From: Blasia pusilla
Lineage: Eukaryota
Length of the DNA stretch: 64,000 nucleotides
Assembly: GCA_050084515.1 (NCBI GenBank)
Contig: CM114271.1
Coordinates: forward strand, 30,690,001 to 30,754,000
Direction of reading: 5' to 3'
Positions 1-18,023 of the stretch are shown here, piece after piece (within the stretch, counting starts at the first letter, position 1; each line of letters begins with the position of its first letter). The notes beneath the pieces are model-generated. The model did not search any database and was not told the origin of the DNA. It worked only from the letters and a program-made list of their open reading frames with translations. The translations under genes and the position numbers were made by a program.

Positions 1-2116
1 ACCGTGTTCTTCAACGTGCTAAGAGGTATCGATTGGAGGGAACACATATTCTCCGTGTGTGGGAGGATGGTAGAGTACGAGTAGTGCCACATTTGGCTTA
101 GAGAGAGCGCATTGTGGGACATGCCCATGAGGAGTTGGGACATTTTGGGGTAAAGCGTATGTTTAGCTTACTCCTTGGTCAGTATTGGTGGCGTGGCATG
201 TATACTCAGGTACAGCAGTTGGTGTCATATTGTATGGTTTGTGACTGGGTGAGGGCATCATTCAATGCCCCTACACCATAGTTACACCCCTTGCCTATCA
301 TGGGGTTGGGTTACTATTGGAGTGTGGACTTTGCGGAACCTTTACCGTTGACTGTACGACATCATCAATATGTGTTGGTGATGGTGGAGCACTTCTCCAA
401 GTGGATTGAGTTGGTGACATTACTTGACAAGGCAAGTGAGGGAAAGGCATATGCGTTTCTTGATAGAGTGCTTAGTCATTTTTGTGCACTAGCTGAAGTG
501 CTGACCGACCAGGGTACAGAGTTTCAGGGTGAGTTTCAGGTCTTGTGTGACAAGGCGTTGATTGATCATCGGACCACGTCTCGAGATCATCCAGAGGTGG
601 ATGGTTTGGCTGAGCGTGTGGTTTAGACGATGAAGAGGGCATTGCGCAAGTATGGCCTCTGAAGGGCATCTTGGCGATAGGATATTCAGTTGCCATGGTT
701 AGCCATGGGGTATAGGTTCAGTCGCCAAGCATCCTTGGCTTCCTTCTCACCTTATTTTCTGTTATACAGCCGAGATCCAGACTTGCCAGCATAAATTTGT
801 CAGGAGTCTAGTGAGGTGGTGAACCTTGATGACCCAAAGATGTGGATGAGAGTGTGTTCTCAGCGGGCAGAGCTCTTTCGGAGAGTTATGCCAATAGCCT
901 TTGAGAATCTTGCCATTGCTCAACACAGGGATACGTTGCGGTATGCAACCATTCGGGGTGGAGGTTATTGACCATCAATTTGTAGGTTCCATGTGGGGGA
1001 CTATGTCTATTTGCAGCAGATTGCACCGACAACGTTGGATGTGACGGCAGGCCGCACTATTTTACGAGTGCGCGAGGTGTTAGCTTCTGGAGTTGTCATG
1101 TTGGAGGGTCGTGATGGAGTTGTTTGGAAGGACCATGTGCATAATTGTGCGCCATGTTATCTTCCAAATGTGGATGGTACTGTTGACCCAAGCTTAGCCA
1201 TGATACGTGCTAGCTTGAGGTGCATGTTGTGTGGGTCTGCTGGTAACGCAGCCTGTATGTTGGTGTGTGATTGGTGTTCTAGGGATTGGCACATGATGTG
1301 TTTGACTCCACGTATGGATGTTGTTCCTACTGGAAGGTGGGTTTGTCCTCGATGTACTTAGAAGAGGTAGATGACTTGATCTTTGCATGATATGGATTAC
1401 AGATGTGCGACGAACGATGGGGCAATCTAGTACCCGGCCTTCTGATTCGTGCACCCACGAAGGTGTATAGCATGTAGTAGATGTATAGGGCTACTTGGGA
1501 GTTAGAGGGACCTAACCGCCAGTTATGGGGGCGAGTTGTGGTACAGTTGTGTTTGTGTATGCTCTCGTCTATGTTATGTATGTATGTGAGTATGGTATGT
1601 CAGCGATGTATGTTGTATGACGATGTGGATTCACACGACAACTGTCATGACCATACATATTATGTCGTAGAGTATAGTGTGCTAGTAGAGGCCATACCTT
1701 ATGTAGAGCGGTAGTGTTTAGGTAGAGATGCAGTTTCATACATAGGGTTGGGGGTTACTCACTTGAGGGTGACTTTTTCAGTAGGGCCCGCTCTTAGGTT
1801 AGAGGATATAGTGTGGAGTGCACTCAAAGAACAGTTAGTTCTTTGAGTTGAGCCTGTTGCGTTGGGAGTTAACCTTGATAGTGAGTAGAGCTCTTGGCTA
1901 TGGTGGTTTCCGCAAGCTTCGACCTGGATTCTCCCATCGTGGAGTGGGTTTGGCTCGATTGTATGTGATTCTATGCGTGTTTTATGACAGTATGTCTTTC
2001 AAAGATTTCAATTGTGGTACACTTATGTTTGTGTATGCTCTCGTCTATGTTATGTATGTATGTGAGTATGGTATGTTAGCGATGTATGTTGTATGACGAT
2101 GTGGATTTGCACAACA
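1..2116 (+). mobile_element. Decayed Ty3/Gypsy LTR retrotransposon copy 1, 3' part: integrase, C-terminal PHD finger, PPT and repeated terminus
   Basis: Integrase Zn-binding region (HEELGHFG...C..C) and core (WSVDFAEPL...VLTDQGTEF...DGLAERVV, ORF 291-626) with stops and frameshifts. PHD finger C4HC3 CMLC...VCDWCSRDWHMMC...WVCPRC in ORF 993-1361. G-rich PPT at ~1525-1535. A ~104-bp repeat occurs at 1537-1640 and 2013-2116. Confidence 0.9.
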
Positions 2117-2146
2117 AAGGCATTACTTTCTTCCTTAATTAAACAT

Positions 2147-5100
2147 TGTTGTGCGCATACACATCGCTACACAATTCACATTGCTGGTCACATCTACACA
2201 CCACACAACGCCAATCTTCCCCAACATACGGGTAGATCCACACATAACCAAAAAAACTCACGCATATAAATTGGGACCCCACAACTAAAATCAAGAGTAG
2301 TAAAAATGGCTCACCCGGCCTAAAACTCTACTCGATCATGAATCTACATCAGCATACCGAACCACATCCACCCTCTACTATCAGGGAATCCGAACACTAA
2401 CACCCTAACTCCTACACAACCACACACGTCTATGCAAGAGAGGCGCTCCTAAGGCTCAACATGAGAAAGAGGGATTGAGAAAGCCATCTCTCTCATCCTT
2501 ATACCCTTGGAAAGAGCCAAAAAACTTTTCCCCCAAAAATAGCTCTCCCAACGGTAACGTGCATGCATAGGTTATCGGGTGACCGTTGACTCGGTCAGCA
2601 GGTCACTTGATGGACTAAGACCAAAATAGGGAAATTGCCTAAACGACGTTCTCAACACAACAAACGTGTCTCCAACCTCATGCGACATCTTGGGACAAAG
2701 TTACACCCAAACAGTCCGCTAACTCACTATGCCGTCGACGCGATAAAACTCTACCAACGATAAAATAAGATATGACAGTTGTCATGCGCATACACATTGC
2801 TACACAACCCACATCGTTGGTCATATCTACATACCACAGAACATTGATCTTCCCCAACATACGGGTAGATCCACACATAACCAAACAAACTCACGCATAT
2901 ACACTGGGACCTCACAACCGCCCCCCTAGCTGGCAGTTGGGTCCCTCTAACTCCAGATAGCATACACATATGTACCCGACAAGATCTCCTATCCTTCACA
3001 CATCTAGCACCATCGGTGCAATCATCCCCGCAACACTGCCACACTGCAGCAATCTGTAGTGTTGATCCCTCCGAAGAGATCTAAAACTCTCATACCCTGC
3101 TCCAACATTGGCACGGCTCCATACCTGCCTCACGAGCTCATCTGCACTCCACGCATCTCAACGCTCGTCCCCAACAACGATAAAGAAACTGTGCACCATG
3201 GGAAGAGACACCCATCCTGGTATGTCTCTCCATGAGACTATCCGCTACAGGAATGTCCTCTGCATGTGTGCTCCTCTCCCCAAACCCTCCTGATCAACGA
3301 ACACCACCTGCAAATGCTGCCAACATGGTCACCGTATCCTCACGTAGTCGACCACCACTACTCCTTGCAAACAACATCGGTAGATGCCTCACCCTTCCAT
3401 CACCTGATCGCCACCCTGGCCGACAAGAAACTGTCTCCTCCCAAAAGTCCAGAATGAAACCTAGAGGGTACAACACTGTACTCCCTACCAACATATCATA
3501 CGACTCTGCCGGTGTCGTAATCGCCTAAGTTCACACCATCGCACCATCCGACTCATGCTCTGGCTAGAGTCTAACTACCAACTCTTGTCGAGTCATGAAT
3601 TGCGTGGGTGATATGCCCCTAATAGAGGTCTGTATCTGAAAGGGACAACTCTCGATGTCGCCTTTCCGTAATCCCAATACCAAACACGCCGCCTTCCCTA
3701 ACATCAAGGGCTGCGCTCCCGAATCAAGTAGGGCGCGCTACTGGTGGTACACCGTACTTGTGGGACTAACCGAGCAAAACACTCCTCCTCGATTATCCAA
3801 CAATATCGCACCTGGTGTGATCATGGCTTGCTCTATCACTCGCCTAGTTGGCATATCTACCAACTTCGCCACCGCCGTATGTCATGACTCAGGGGGGGAC
3901 GTCTTGAGCTCGTGCTCCAAGGGCAAGTCCACCACCTCCTCAACTACCTCTAAACGAGAGGTAGTCACCTCTCCACACTCAAACAACGTGGCGGCCAGCC
4001 GAAACACCTCCGCTAGTCCAACTCCCAATGTCGCCAACTCCATGGTGGAAAACAACGGAGCGTGGCTCACCCTAGTGGCCACCTCCAACAATGTGGTCAA
4101 CACTGGCTCCTCTCGAGTTGGCATAGGAGTCGTCTCTCCAACTCCTCGTGACGTCAATGCACCTATCCTACCCGTGGACACTACGGGTTGTCAAGGCACC
4201 ATCGACGGTGTATCTAGTGCCTCCAAAAATGTAAACAATTGGGGAACCCTGGCCTCCCGCCCATCGGTCCCCTCCTGTGGGTCAATCTCAACACCACCTC
4301 TCCATGGCTTGGTTACTCTCACAGCACCCCAAGTCACCACCGTAGCAGCCTCAACCTGAGCCACACTCCATATAAATTGCACTCTCGTAGAATCCTCACC
4401 AGCATCGTGGTATGATGGGAAGGTTGGTGCCACACTAGCTACTCTCAACTGTGGGCCTGCTTGAAGCTGCATCATTGTCATGGCAGCAATCCTCTCCTCC
4501 AACTGATCAATGCGCTTAAGGAGCGCTGCATTGGGTGCACGTCCTCCATCTTCCGTGATTGGTGATGGCACTCTACCACCACAATCATCTTTCATTCAAT
4601 CTCCACTAACTCTCTTGCCCTCAAGTCCTCTGCCTACCTCAGGACGTACCTCCCGGCAAAGATCATAACACCTATCCCTAATGTGACCATAACGGTGATA
4701 ATGATCACACTGTAATTGTGGTGGGGCCATCCTCTATGGCTCTTGAGCAATTGGAGGCGCTTGTGGTCCTCTCCCATGGTGTGGGCAGTCCCTCTGTCTA
4801 TGCGACCCAACACACGTCCAACAAGCCAACCCTGGACCATGCTGGGAAACATATGTCGGTACGGGTCATTGCCTTATCAGCTCACGACAGCCGTCCTCCA
4901 CTCTGGGCCCACCGGCCCGCTCCCATGGTACTGGTGCATGATGGGGTACATGTGGATCTACTCCTACTTGTTGACCTGTCGTATCCCACGAAAATCCCGT
5001 GGTCACCACTTGCTCCTCACTCATGTTGAGTTATATTCGCTCAGACAACTCCAAGACCACCTTTCAATGTGGGCTTTGCCGTGTGAAGCAAAATCGCATC

Positions 5101-5780
5101 TCGAACTCTCTTCCGTAGCTCCTCATCCAGCACCCCGTACCAATACTACACTAATTGCGCCTCATTCACCCCATATGTGGCAACAATCAACCGTTGCATG
5201 TGCACGAACGCCTCCCTCATACTCTCACCTGATCCCCGCTAAAAATCTTGTAGACTCTTCAGCTTGTCGGTCCGCATGCCATGGTAGGTCCTCCGCAACA
5301 GTCGAAAGAATTCCACTGGAGGACTGAAACTTGATGGTCCTCTTCTATGAGAGGTCTCTGCCACCTCACCCCTCTCACTGCCATCCTCTCCATATAGTCC
5401 CCGCACTAATGGTGTAGGCCTCTCCGCCCTCACTATCCCATCATACGCCTTGCGGCCACTTGTGGACACATACCCTGGAGCCCAATACACCCTCCAAGGA
5501 TTGATCTCTATAGAGTATAAAGATCGAAACTCCATGTAATCATCCATCGGCACACACTCCAAGTGTTGGAACAACCCCTTCTATGCCATAAAAGGGTTGA
5601 ACTGTGTAGGGGTCCGTATCTCCTGGAAGTCGTACCATGTGTCAAACTCATGGATGAAGTCATCTAAATCTATGGTGCCTACTACACCCGAGAAACAACG
5701 CATGCCCCGATGGCCCATGTCGTCCATCTCTCCCTGTGTATCACTGTCCCCATCCGCAATCTCGTCACCAGATCCATTGT
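2147..5780 (-). mobile_element. Decayed Gypsy-family copy 2 (gag and aspartic protease; no RT or integrase seen), cut at its 5' side by a CACTA insertion
   Basis: Minus-strand zinc-knuckle remnant CDHYHRYGHIRDRC (~4670-4715) and protease motif LLDSGAQPLMLG (~3695-3730). The pre-PPT/PPT sequence gagttagagggacccaactgccagctaggggggcggt matches copy 1. A ~137-bp repeat occurs at 2780-2916 and 2147-2283. Confidence 0.8.
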
Positions 5781-10760
<4,980 letters not shown>

Positions 10761-10769
10761 CTAGTTAAG

Positions 10770-12272
10770 TAGTTACATAGTCCCATGCCTTTTATCAGGG
10801 AGGACTAGGCATGATTTGGGATGAGGAGACCCAATCATTAGAGAAGCCTACTGCTGATGAGCGTGAGAGAGCCATAGGGTTTGCTACGGGTTACTACGAC
10901 GGTACTAGATGTGATGGAGGCATCACGGAGAGAGGTGTTGGGGCAGGTGATGGACCTTAAGTGTCTCACATGGATAGTCAGTCTATATATGGCTTAGCAA
11001 AGTGATATGCGAGTGTCATCCATGCCGTCACGTCCACGAGTTAGGGCACTGCCTATAGGGTCTGTACATGCATTGGCTAGGGTCTATAGAGGAGAGATAG
11101 GCACCCATGGACTTCCTGGCACGTCATTCGAGCAGAGAGTGTGGTGGCGGCCAAAGTAACACATGTTCATTCTTTAGATATGGAGCATGAAGTGGTAGGT
11201 TAGAGTAGGATGATTGTAGCAGAGGTGGCTAGGGTTGCTACATAGCAACCAAAGTTGGAGGTTGCGTCCTCTTTGAGGCGGATGGGTTGGCGGAGAGAGT
11301 AGTACATACAGTGAAGAGAGGGTTATGCAAGTATGGCTTGCAGCGAGGACATTTGAGGAAGTGGGACCTATAGTTGCCATGGTTGGCTGTGGGATATTGC
11401 TTCAGTCGGCAAGCATCCCATGTGTCATTTTCACCATATTTTTTGTTCTATGGGAGAGAGCCAAATTTACCTATAGCTATTCAATATGACATGGCGGAGG
11501 TCTCAGATCTTGATGACATAGATTTTTGGGTACAACCATGTTCTAAGAGGGCGGAGATTTTTAGTAGAGTTATGCCCACAACATTTGAGAACTTAGCTAT
11601 TTCCTTGCATAGGGATACATTGAGGTATGTGAGCATTCATTGAGGAGGTTATTGTTCAGGGATTAGGAGGTTTCATCCTAGAGATTATGTGTATTTACAG
11701 TAGGCGGCACCCACAACATTAGGTGTCATCACATGGCGCACAATTTTGCGTATTTATGAGGTGATACCGACCGGAGTCCTCATATTGGAGGGATGAGATG
11801 GTGTGGTTTGGAGGGATCATGTGGAAAATTTTGCGCCATGCTATCTCCGGAATGTGGATGGGATAGTGGATGCGAGCTTGGCAGTGATACCTGCAATCTT
11901 GAGGTGTATGTTCTGTGGATCTACGATAGGTGCTGCCACCATGTTGGTGTGTGATGGTTGTTATTGAGGGTGGCATATGTCGTGTCTAACACCCCCTCTA
12001 GATGCACTTCCCACAAGATAATGGTTATGTCCTAGATGTGTAAGGGGTAGTAGATCATGTCAGGTAGATATGATGTGTGCTATTTAGAGTTAGGGGGACC
12101 CAATTGCTAGCTAGGGGGACGGTTTTGTATTCTTGGTGTACATGCATAAGTTCATGTTTTTTATGTGTGTGGATCTACCGGCCCATATGTTGGGAAGCTC
12201 GGTGTTGAGTGGCGTGGATCTGACCAATGATGAGTATTGTATACTAGTATAGAGATGTGTATGCGCATGACA
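10770..12272 (+). mobile_element. Decayed Gypsy copy 3: C5-methyltransferase C-terminal fragment, integrase C-terminal half, PHD finger, PPT and terminal repeat
   Basis: 10781-10995 translates (one frameshift) to SHAFYQGGLGMIWDEETQSLEKPTADERERAIGFATG/TTTVLDVMEASRREVLGQVMDLKCLTWIV. 11280-12040 is colinear with copy 1 (DGLAERVV..., PWLAVGY..., PHD CMFC...VCDGC...WHMSC...WLCPRC). PPT at ~12113-12123; ends GCGCATGACA at 12272. Confidence 0.85.
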
Positions 12273-12542
12273 CACATCTAATATGTTACTATTAGATCCA
12301 AATGTATATAAATTTCAAGAAATTTTGGATTTCATCAAATTTGATCTTTCTATAGAGAAAGCTACTTTGTGATTTCTTAGTGTTGTCTACTTTGGTGCCA
12401 AAAAATAGAAATCTATGAAATTTTAACAGAAGATAAATTTTCCAAAATTAAATAATGTTGGAACAACTTGAAAAACTATCAGAGACCTTGTAATTTTTTC
12501 CTAAATAAACATTTCCATTACTCAAAAATTTTCCATCCATAA

Positions 12543-14448
12543 TATCATGCGCATACACATAGCTACATAATCCACATTGTTGGTCACATCCATACCAGAC
12601 AACACCGATCTTCCCAACAAACGGGTAGATCCACACACATACAAAATTGAACATATGCATATACATCAAGATTGGACAACTACCCCCTAGATGGCAATTG
12701 GGTCTCCCTAGCTCCAGATAGCACATTTACATGACCCACTATCCTATACACATCTAGGATATAATCATCGTCATGTGGAAACTACATAATTTAAAGGGTG
12801 GTCAAACACAACATATGCCACACCTCTAGAACAACCATCACACACCAACATGGTGGCTGCATCCCTTGCAGATCCACACAACATACACCTCAAGTCAGCT
12901 AGTATCAGTGAAGAGCTTGGATCTACTGTTTCATTCACTGTCGGAAGATGATATTGCACACATTACTCAAGTGTCCTCGCTTCAATCCATACTTGCATAA
13001 CCCTCTCGTATCGTCTATACTACTCTCTCCGCCAACCCATCTGTCGCTTCAAAATGATCTCTAGACATGGTACAATGATCTATCAGTGCCTAATCAGACA
13101 AATCCTAAAACTCTCCCTTGAACTCGGTACATTGGTTAGTCAATACCTCTGCCGATTATACCAAAATACCAAAATGACTAAGCATACGATGTAGAAATTT
13201 ATTAGCCGCTCCCTTGCTTGCCTTTTTTGGTAGTGTTACCAACTCTATCCACTTGGAGAAATGCTCTACCGTGACCAACATGTAGCTATGATGACACCCA
13301 GTCAATCTAGATCTACCATAAGGTCTCGTGAAATCTAGACTCCACCGATAACCTAATCCCATAATTGGCAAAGGATGCAACTATGGAGTGCAAGCATTAA
13401 AGGATGTTTGCACTTGATCACACACCATAAACCAAGCTATAAACTTCTGAACTTCATTATGCATGCCACACCACCATTGGCAATATTAAATCTGGAGTAA
13501 GGTGTGAGTATTCTTTACTCCAAAATGCTCCAACTCCTCATGGGCATGTCACACTATACGTGCTCGCTGGGAAGGATGAGGCACCAATCGTACCCTACTA
13601 TCTCCCTATACCTGTAAAATGTGTGTCCCCTCCCACTTGAACCTCCTAGCTCTCTATTGGATCCGATCTCGCTCCGTAGCACTCACTTTGCTCGCTATGA
13701 CCTTAATATGTAGGAACTCCACAATCTCAAAGCTGTCATGGATATCACAACTACCCGAAAACACACTCTATGATGCATCCTCTCTTGCTACATTCCTACA
13801 GCCCTACCCTAGTCCGCTACCAGAAAAAATGAGTGAAAAATAAGCAACACTTCAACATGGAAAAACAACTCAAATGCCAATCAACATCTCCATGGGCTCC
13901 CCACGGAGGCAATCCAATTTCCTTCCTACATACAAAAAATTTCCCCTTGCCCCATCATATCTTTCTCGTGTAAAATCAAAGTAAAAATAGCTCACACGAA
14001 TAACTCCACTAGTCTCTCGAATCAACATCAGCATATCGAGCAATATCCACCCTCCACTATGAGGGAATCCGAACGCCAACACCCTTGTTCCTACAACACA
14101 TAAAGCAAGAGAGGTGCTCCTAGGGCCCAACATGAGCAAGATGGCTAGAGAAAGCCATCTCTTCCTCTCTTATAGTGTTGGGAAGAGCCAAAGTTCTCTT
14201 CCCCCAAAAATAGCCTCTCCAACAATAACCTACGAGCACAGATTATCATGTGACCGATAACTAGATCGACGGATCACTTGGCCAAAAATAGAAAAGAATG
14301 GAAATGGTAGAAACGACGCTCTCGATGCAACGGACTTATCATCAACCTCATCTGACACCTCAAGACAAAGTTACACCCAAATTTCCCGTTGCCCCTTTAT
14401 GTTGTTGACGCAGTAGAACTCTACTTGTGGACTAACTAAGATGTGACA
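12543..14448 (-). mobile_element. Internally deleted Gypsy copy 4 (5' segment B, integrase and PHD fragments, PPT, terminal repeat R)
   Basis: Begins TGTCACATC at 14448 (minus), homologous to 2777-2290. Integrase fragments (HPLPIMGLGYRWSLDF...EHFSKWIELV, 13156-13380) and PHD (CMLCGSARDAATMLVCDGC, 12771-12959). Ends GCGCATGATA at 12543. Confidence 0.85.
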
Positions 14449-14819
14449 TAAATTATTCACATGATCTCTTCCTCACTTTCTATCAAGGGATATATGACTA
14501 AAGGGTACAATCGTTGAATTGTATTAAGATCCTCTTAAAGAAGCTACTAATTCAATTTCTACCGTGGGCAGTGGGGGATCGTCTTGACCTCGAGGTAGTG
14601 GCATCTCTACATATGCATGGATGATCCATGTTTGAGAGAGAGAATATCTTGTGTATCTTTCATATTCTATGAATTACCTATGCTCTCTTAGAGCTTGTGC
14701 TTGGCTTTCTATTTTAGATTTATGGTGGGTTGCAATTGCTAAGATGACAGAGATGCCTACTAGACCCACCATGGTTGCACAAAAACAAACAAGGCCATCC
14801 CTAGGATGGAAAATTTTGG

Positions 14820-15090
14820 ACATTGATTGCAAGAGGTGGGATTCACACTTATAGTTGATGATGGAAGAAAGGGAAAGGGCAAGGGCAAGGGCAAGTGGGG
14901 TAATAAGGGGGGAGGGAGTAGAGGTGGAGGGAGGAAGAAACGTGAGAGTATGGAACACAAAGGAAAGTGGAGGGAACGAAAAAGAATGGGAAGGTAGGAC
15001 CCACATGGACAAGTCCTTCCATAAGATGGATGTAAGTCCACAGACATGGACATGTCCATGGATATAGACCTTTTCCACATACAACCTTGA
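14820..15090 (+). repeat. Dispersed purine-rich repeat unit of unknown class
   Basis: gattgcaagaggtggga..cacacttatag...gtaagtccac.gacatggacatgtcc recurs at ~56058-56532, continuing at 57332-57415. Confidence 0.7.
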
Positions 15091-16887
15091 GGCTCACGAT
15101 ACAACATGTCATGATGTCTCCACATATCGATTTTTTGGATAACCATGAAGAGATCTTTCGTTTGGTTAGTCGAAGAGGTAGATTCTATGGTCTACGACAT
15201 GTCTTATTGGATTCCAGAGCGAAACCCCTGATGTTGGAGAGAGCGAGATTTAAAAGTTTGGGCCTCACTTGGGCTTATATTCAATGTTGTCTATTCAAGA
15301 TATAAGAATTGGGGGGAAAATCCATACTTAATTTATTTTTTTAAATTGCTATGTGGGAGCCCTTAACTTGAATGTTTGAAATCTAAATGTGAAGGTTTAT
15401 GTTAGATGCAATATCACCAATATCCATGTGGAAGGGATTTCATATTCCACTAGGATTCCCATGGACTAGAAATCAAACTCAACTCTCTTCATAAAAAGAT
15501 TGGGACAAGAATTTCTTGCCATAGAATCTATATAATAGGCTTCTCATATCATCTTAGATTGTGGCATGTGCAAACACGTCATCTAAATCAACTTAAGGCA
15601 TTTTTTGATTTATCAAGCTAAAAGTTATTTCATAGTACTATGAGGGTTACCTTGAGCTTAGGTATACTAGGTCAATTCACGAGCCCTTAGATTCTTATCT
15701 ACATGAACATATATAATCTAACCTATATTAGTGTATATATCATAAGGATGCCTTTATGGTGAACAAGCTTTGAATCTACAAAATAGCACAAATAAAATTT
15801 TAAAGATTGGGAACTTTTTTATAGTCACATGTTCGTATGAGGAGAAAAACATGCAAGATGCTATATGATATTTCCTTATGGAGACATATTTTACTTTTTT
15901 TTGACAAATCTATCCCAAAAAATAGTTCACACTTTCTCTAATTGTAATATAGATTACATTCATCCATGAATAAAAGTTGAAGGCAAGAGAGATAGTCAAA
16001 CCTAGAGGCTCAACTACTATAAAGCTACGTGATCCACTCACAAAACAATTACACCATCCCCATCACTCTTATAAAGAAATCAAAACTTCTATTATCTATT
16101 CAAAATTTACATTGTACAAGTTGCATACTTGTGCTCCATGTCAAAAAAGTAATTTCATCCCACTATCCTAATTTTTTATTTGTATTTTCCCTATCTCCTA
16201 GTTCTAAATCTATTTCCCAGTCTATTATTCAAATCCAAACTTTAAACCTCGACGTAAAGGGAATTGCTAAGAGAGAAATCATGCATCCTTAAATATTACT
16301 AGTGGATATATGTGAGATGCACGTGTTAACTAATGATGGATGATTTAATTTACCCATCATTATTGCAATCCCATACTTGTTCGAGCCCTACCGCATATTT
16401 GAAATATCCTCAAAGTCAACCCTAACTTGACTAATCTCTAAAGTGGACCATGTATCCTGAAAGCGACCCCAAATTAAAGACCTATATCAAGACATGATCG
16501 GTTGAAATTGTAAGATGTCAATAGGAAAAATATTCGAAAATGGAAGGGCACTCGAAACTAATAATACAGATTAATTTGTCTTGTGATATGGATTCATTAT
16601 AATATACATTACTTAACATGCCCGTGCTACACACGAAAAGAAGGTTTTTAAGAAAATATTAGAAATAAAAATCATATTCCGATTATCACTATTGACTTTA
16701 AAGAGTAGTGGTTATGTGGAGATTCTTCTTAAACATCCACTCCTCCCATCCATTAATTCTCCTCTTCTCAATAATATCACTACTTCCTCTAATAATACCA
16801 CGTCTCTTCCCCAAAGGTTTCACTTCCTTCACCCCTACTAAAATCAATATTCATGGAAAAAATTAATGCCATGTTGCTATTTTATCT

Positions 16888-17088
16888 TTAGCATAAACCC
16901 ATGTGATGCACGGATTTATATAACCTCCCATAATTAACTCACAAGAATTTCTCACAATTTTTAAATGTCATTTTAAATCAATTTTGAACGATCCTATTGG
17001 TTCAAAAGACAAGGGATCTCATTAGATGAAAATGCCAAATGTCGAGGAGTTAGAAAATTAAAAGGGCACTCTCCAATAATGATATAGA
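16888..17088 (-). mobile_element. Short non-autonomous Helitron
   Basis: Minus strand: 5' TCTATATCATTATTGGAGAGTGCCC ... subterminal hairpin CCGTGCATCACATGG then CTAA. Same family as 49938-50115 and 54274-54461. Confidence 0.7.
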
Positions 17089-17140
17089 CTATGTCACTAT
17101 TTTGTCTTATTGTGCATATAGGATTTGCCATTACAATATA

Positions 17141-18023
17141 CTAGTAACTTTTTGCCTATGCGATGCATTTAATCGGATGAATCAGAATGAAAATAGTTCA
17201 CAAATGGAGAATATCATGAAGCATTACATTATGCACACGTTGAAAATTTGAAATTATCGAGTTCATGAGTAAATAGAAAAGATAAATTTCTTCTTAAATA
17301 TATGAACACTCATATTTTTTATTACAAAATTTTAATTTTTAATTTTAATTTATAAATAAATTATTTATCCTCAATTTTCAACCCCTATCTCTCAATTCAT
17401 AAAATAAAATCATTCATTTTGATCCAAAATTTATTTCAAAATATTCTATAGAAATCCTTCACAATGAAAGCTTTAAAAGGAAAATCAAACTTGTATATTA
17501 TTTTCATCATTTTGAAGAATGATAATAATTCACTATGCTATTTAGTATATTTTCCCATTAAAAAAACAATATATAGTTTTATTTTCAAATATTACTGTAA
17601 TAAATTTTTTAAATATTGAAGTAATAAATTTAGTTTTTTTAATTCAAAAAAATCAAAAAAATAGATATCAATTTCTTCAGAAGATTTTTTTAATTATTTT
17701 ATTTAGAAAAATTTAATGTAATCATCTAAATTATTTTTCATTCAAATTTTGATTAAATAGAGACAAAAATTAAAGAGTTGAAAATCTTCTACCGGCGTGG
17801 TTTATTGGAAACCTCTAAGCCAAAACTAAGGCTCTTAGTAGTATGATGAATGCATGAAAGAATTAATCACTTATACTCTTCTTAGAGTTTTTTACAAAAC
17901 ATGCTAGCCAATGCTCGTTAATTTTCTTTATTAATTTTCTTAAGATGATATGTGTCCTTAGAAGATAGATATCAACATCCGAGGATAGTGTCCTCAAATC
18001 CAATACTCTTTTAATTATACAGA
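17141..18023 (-). mobile_element. Longer AT-rich non-autonomous Helitron-like element
   Basis: CTAG end with decayed hairpin (ctagtaactttttgcctatgcgatgca) and a TC start near 18023. A related copy lies at ~57755-59085 and shares the end and an internal cgtgg...ctcttagtagt block. Confidence 0.55.

Noticed and set aside
3655-4359. 234-aa plus-strand ORF
   Set aside because: Antisense shadow of the minus-strand gag-protease region.
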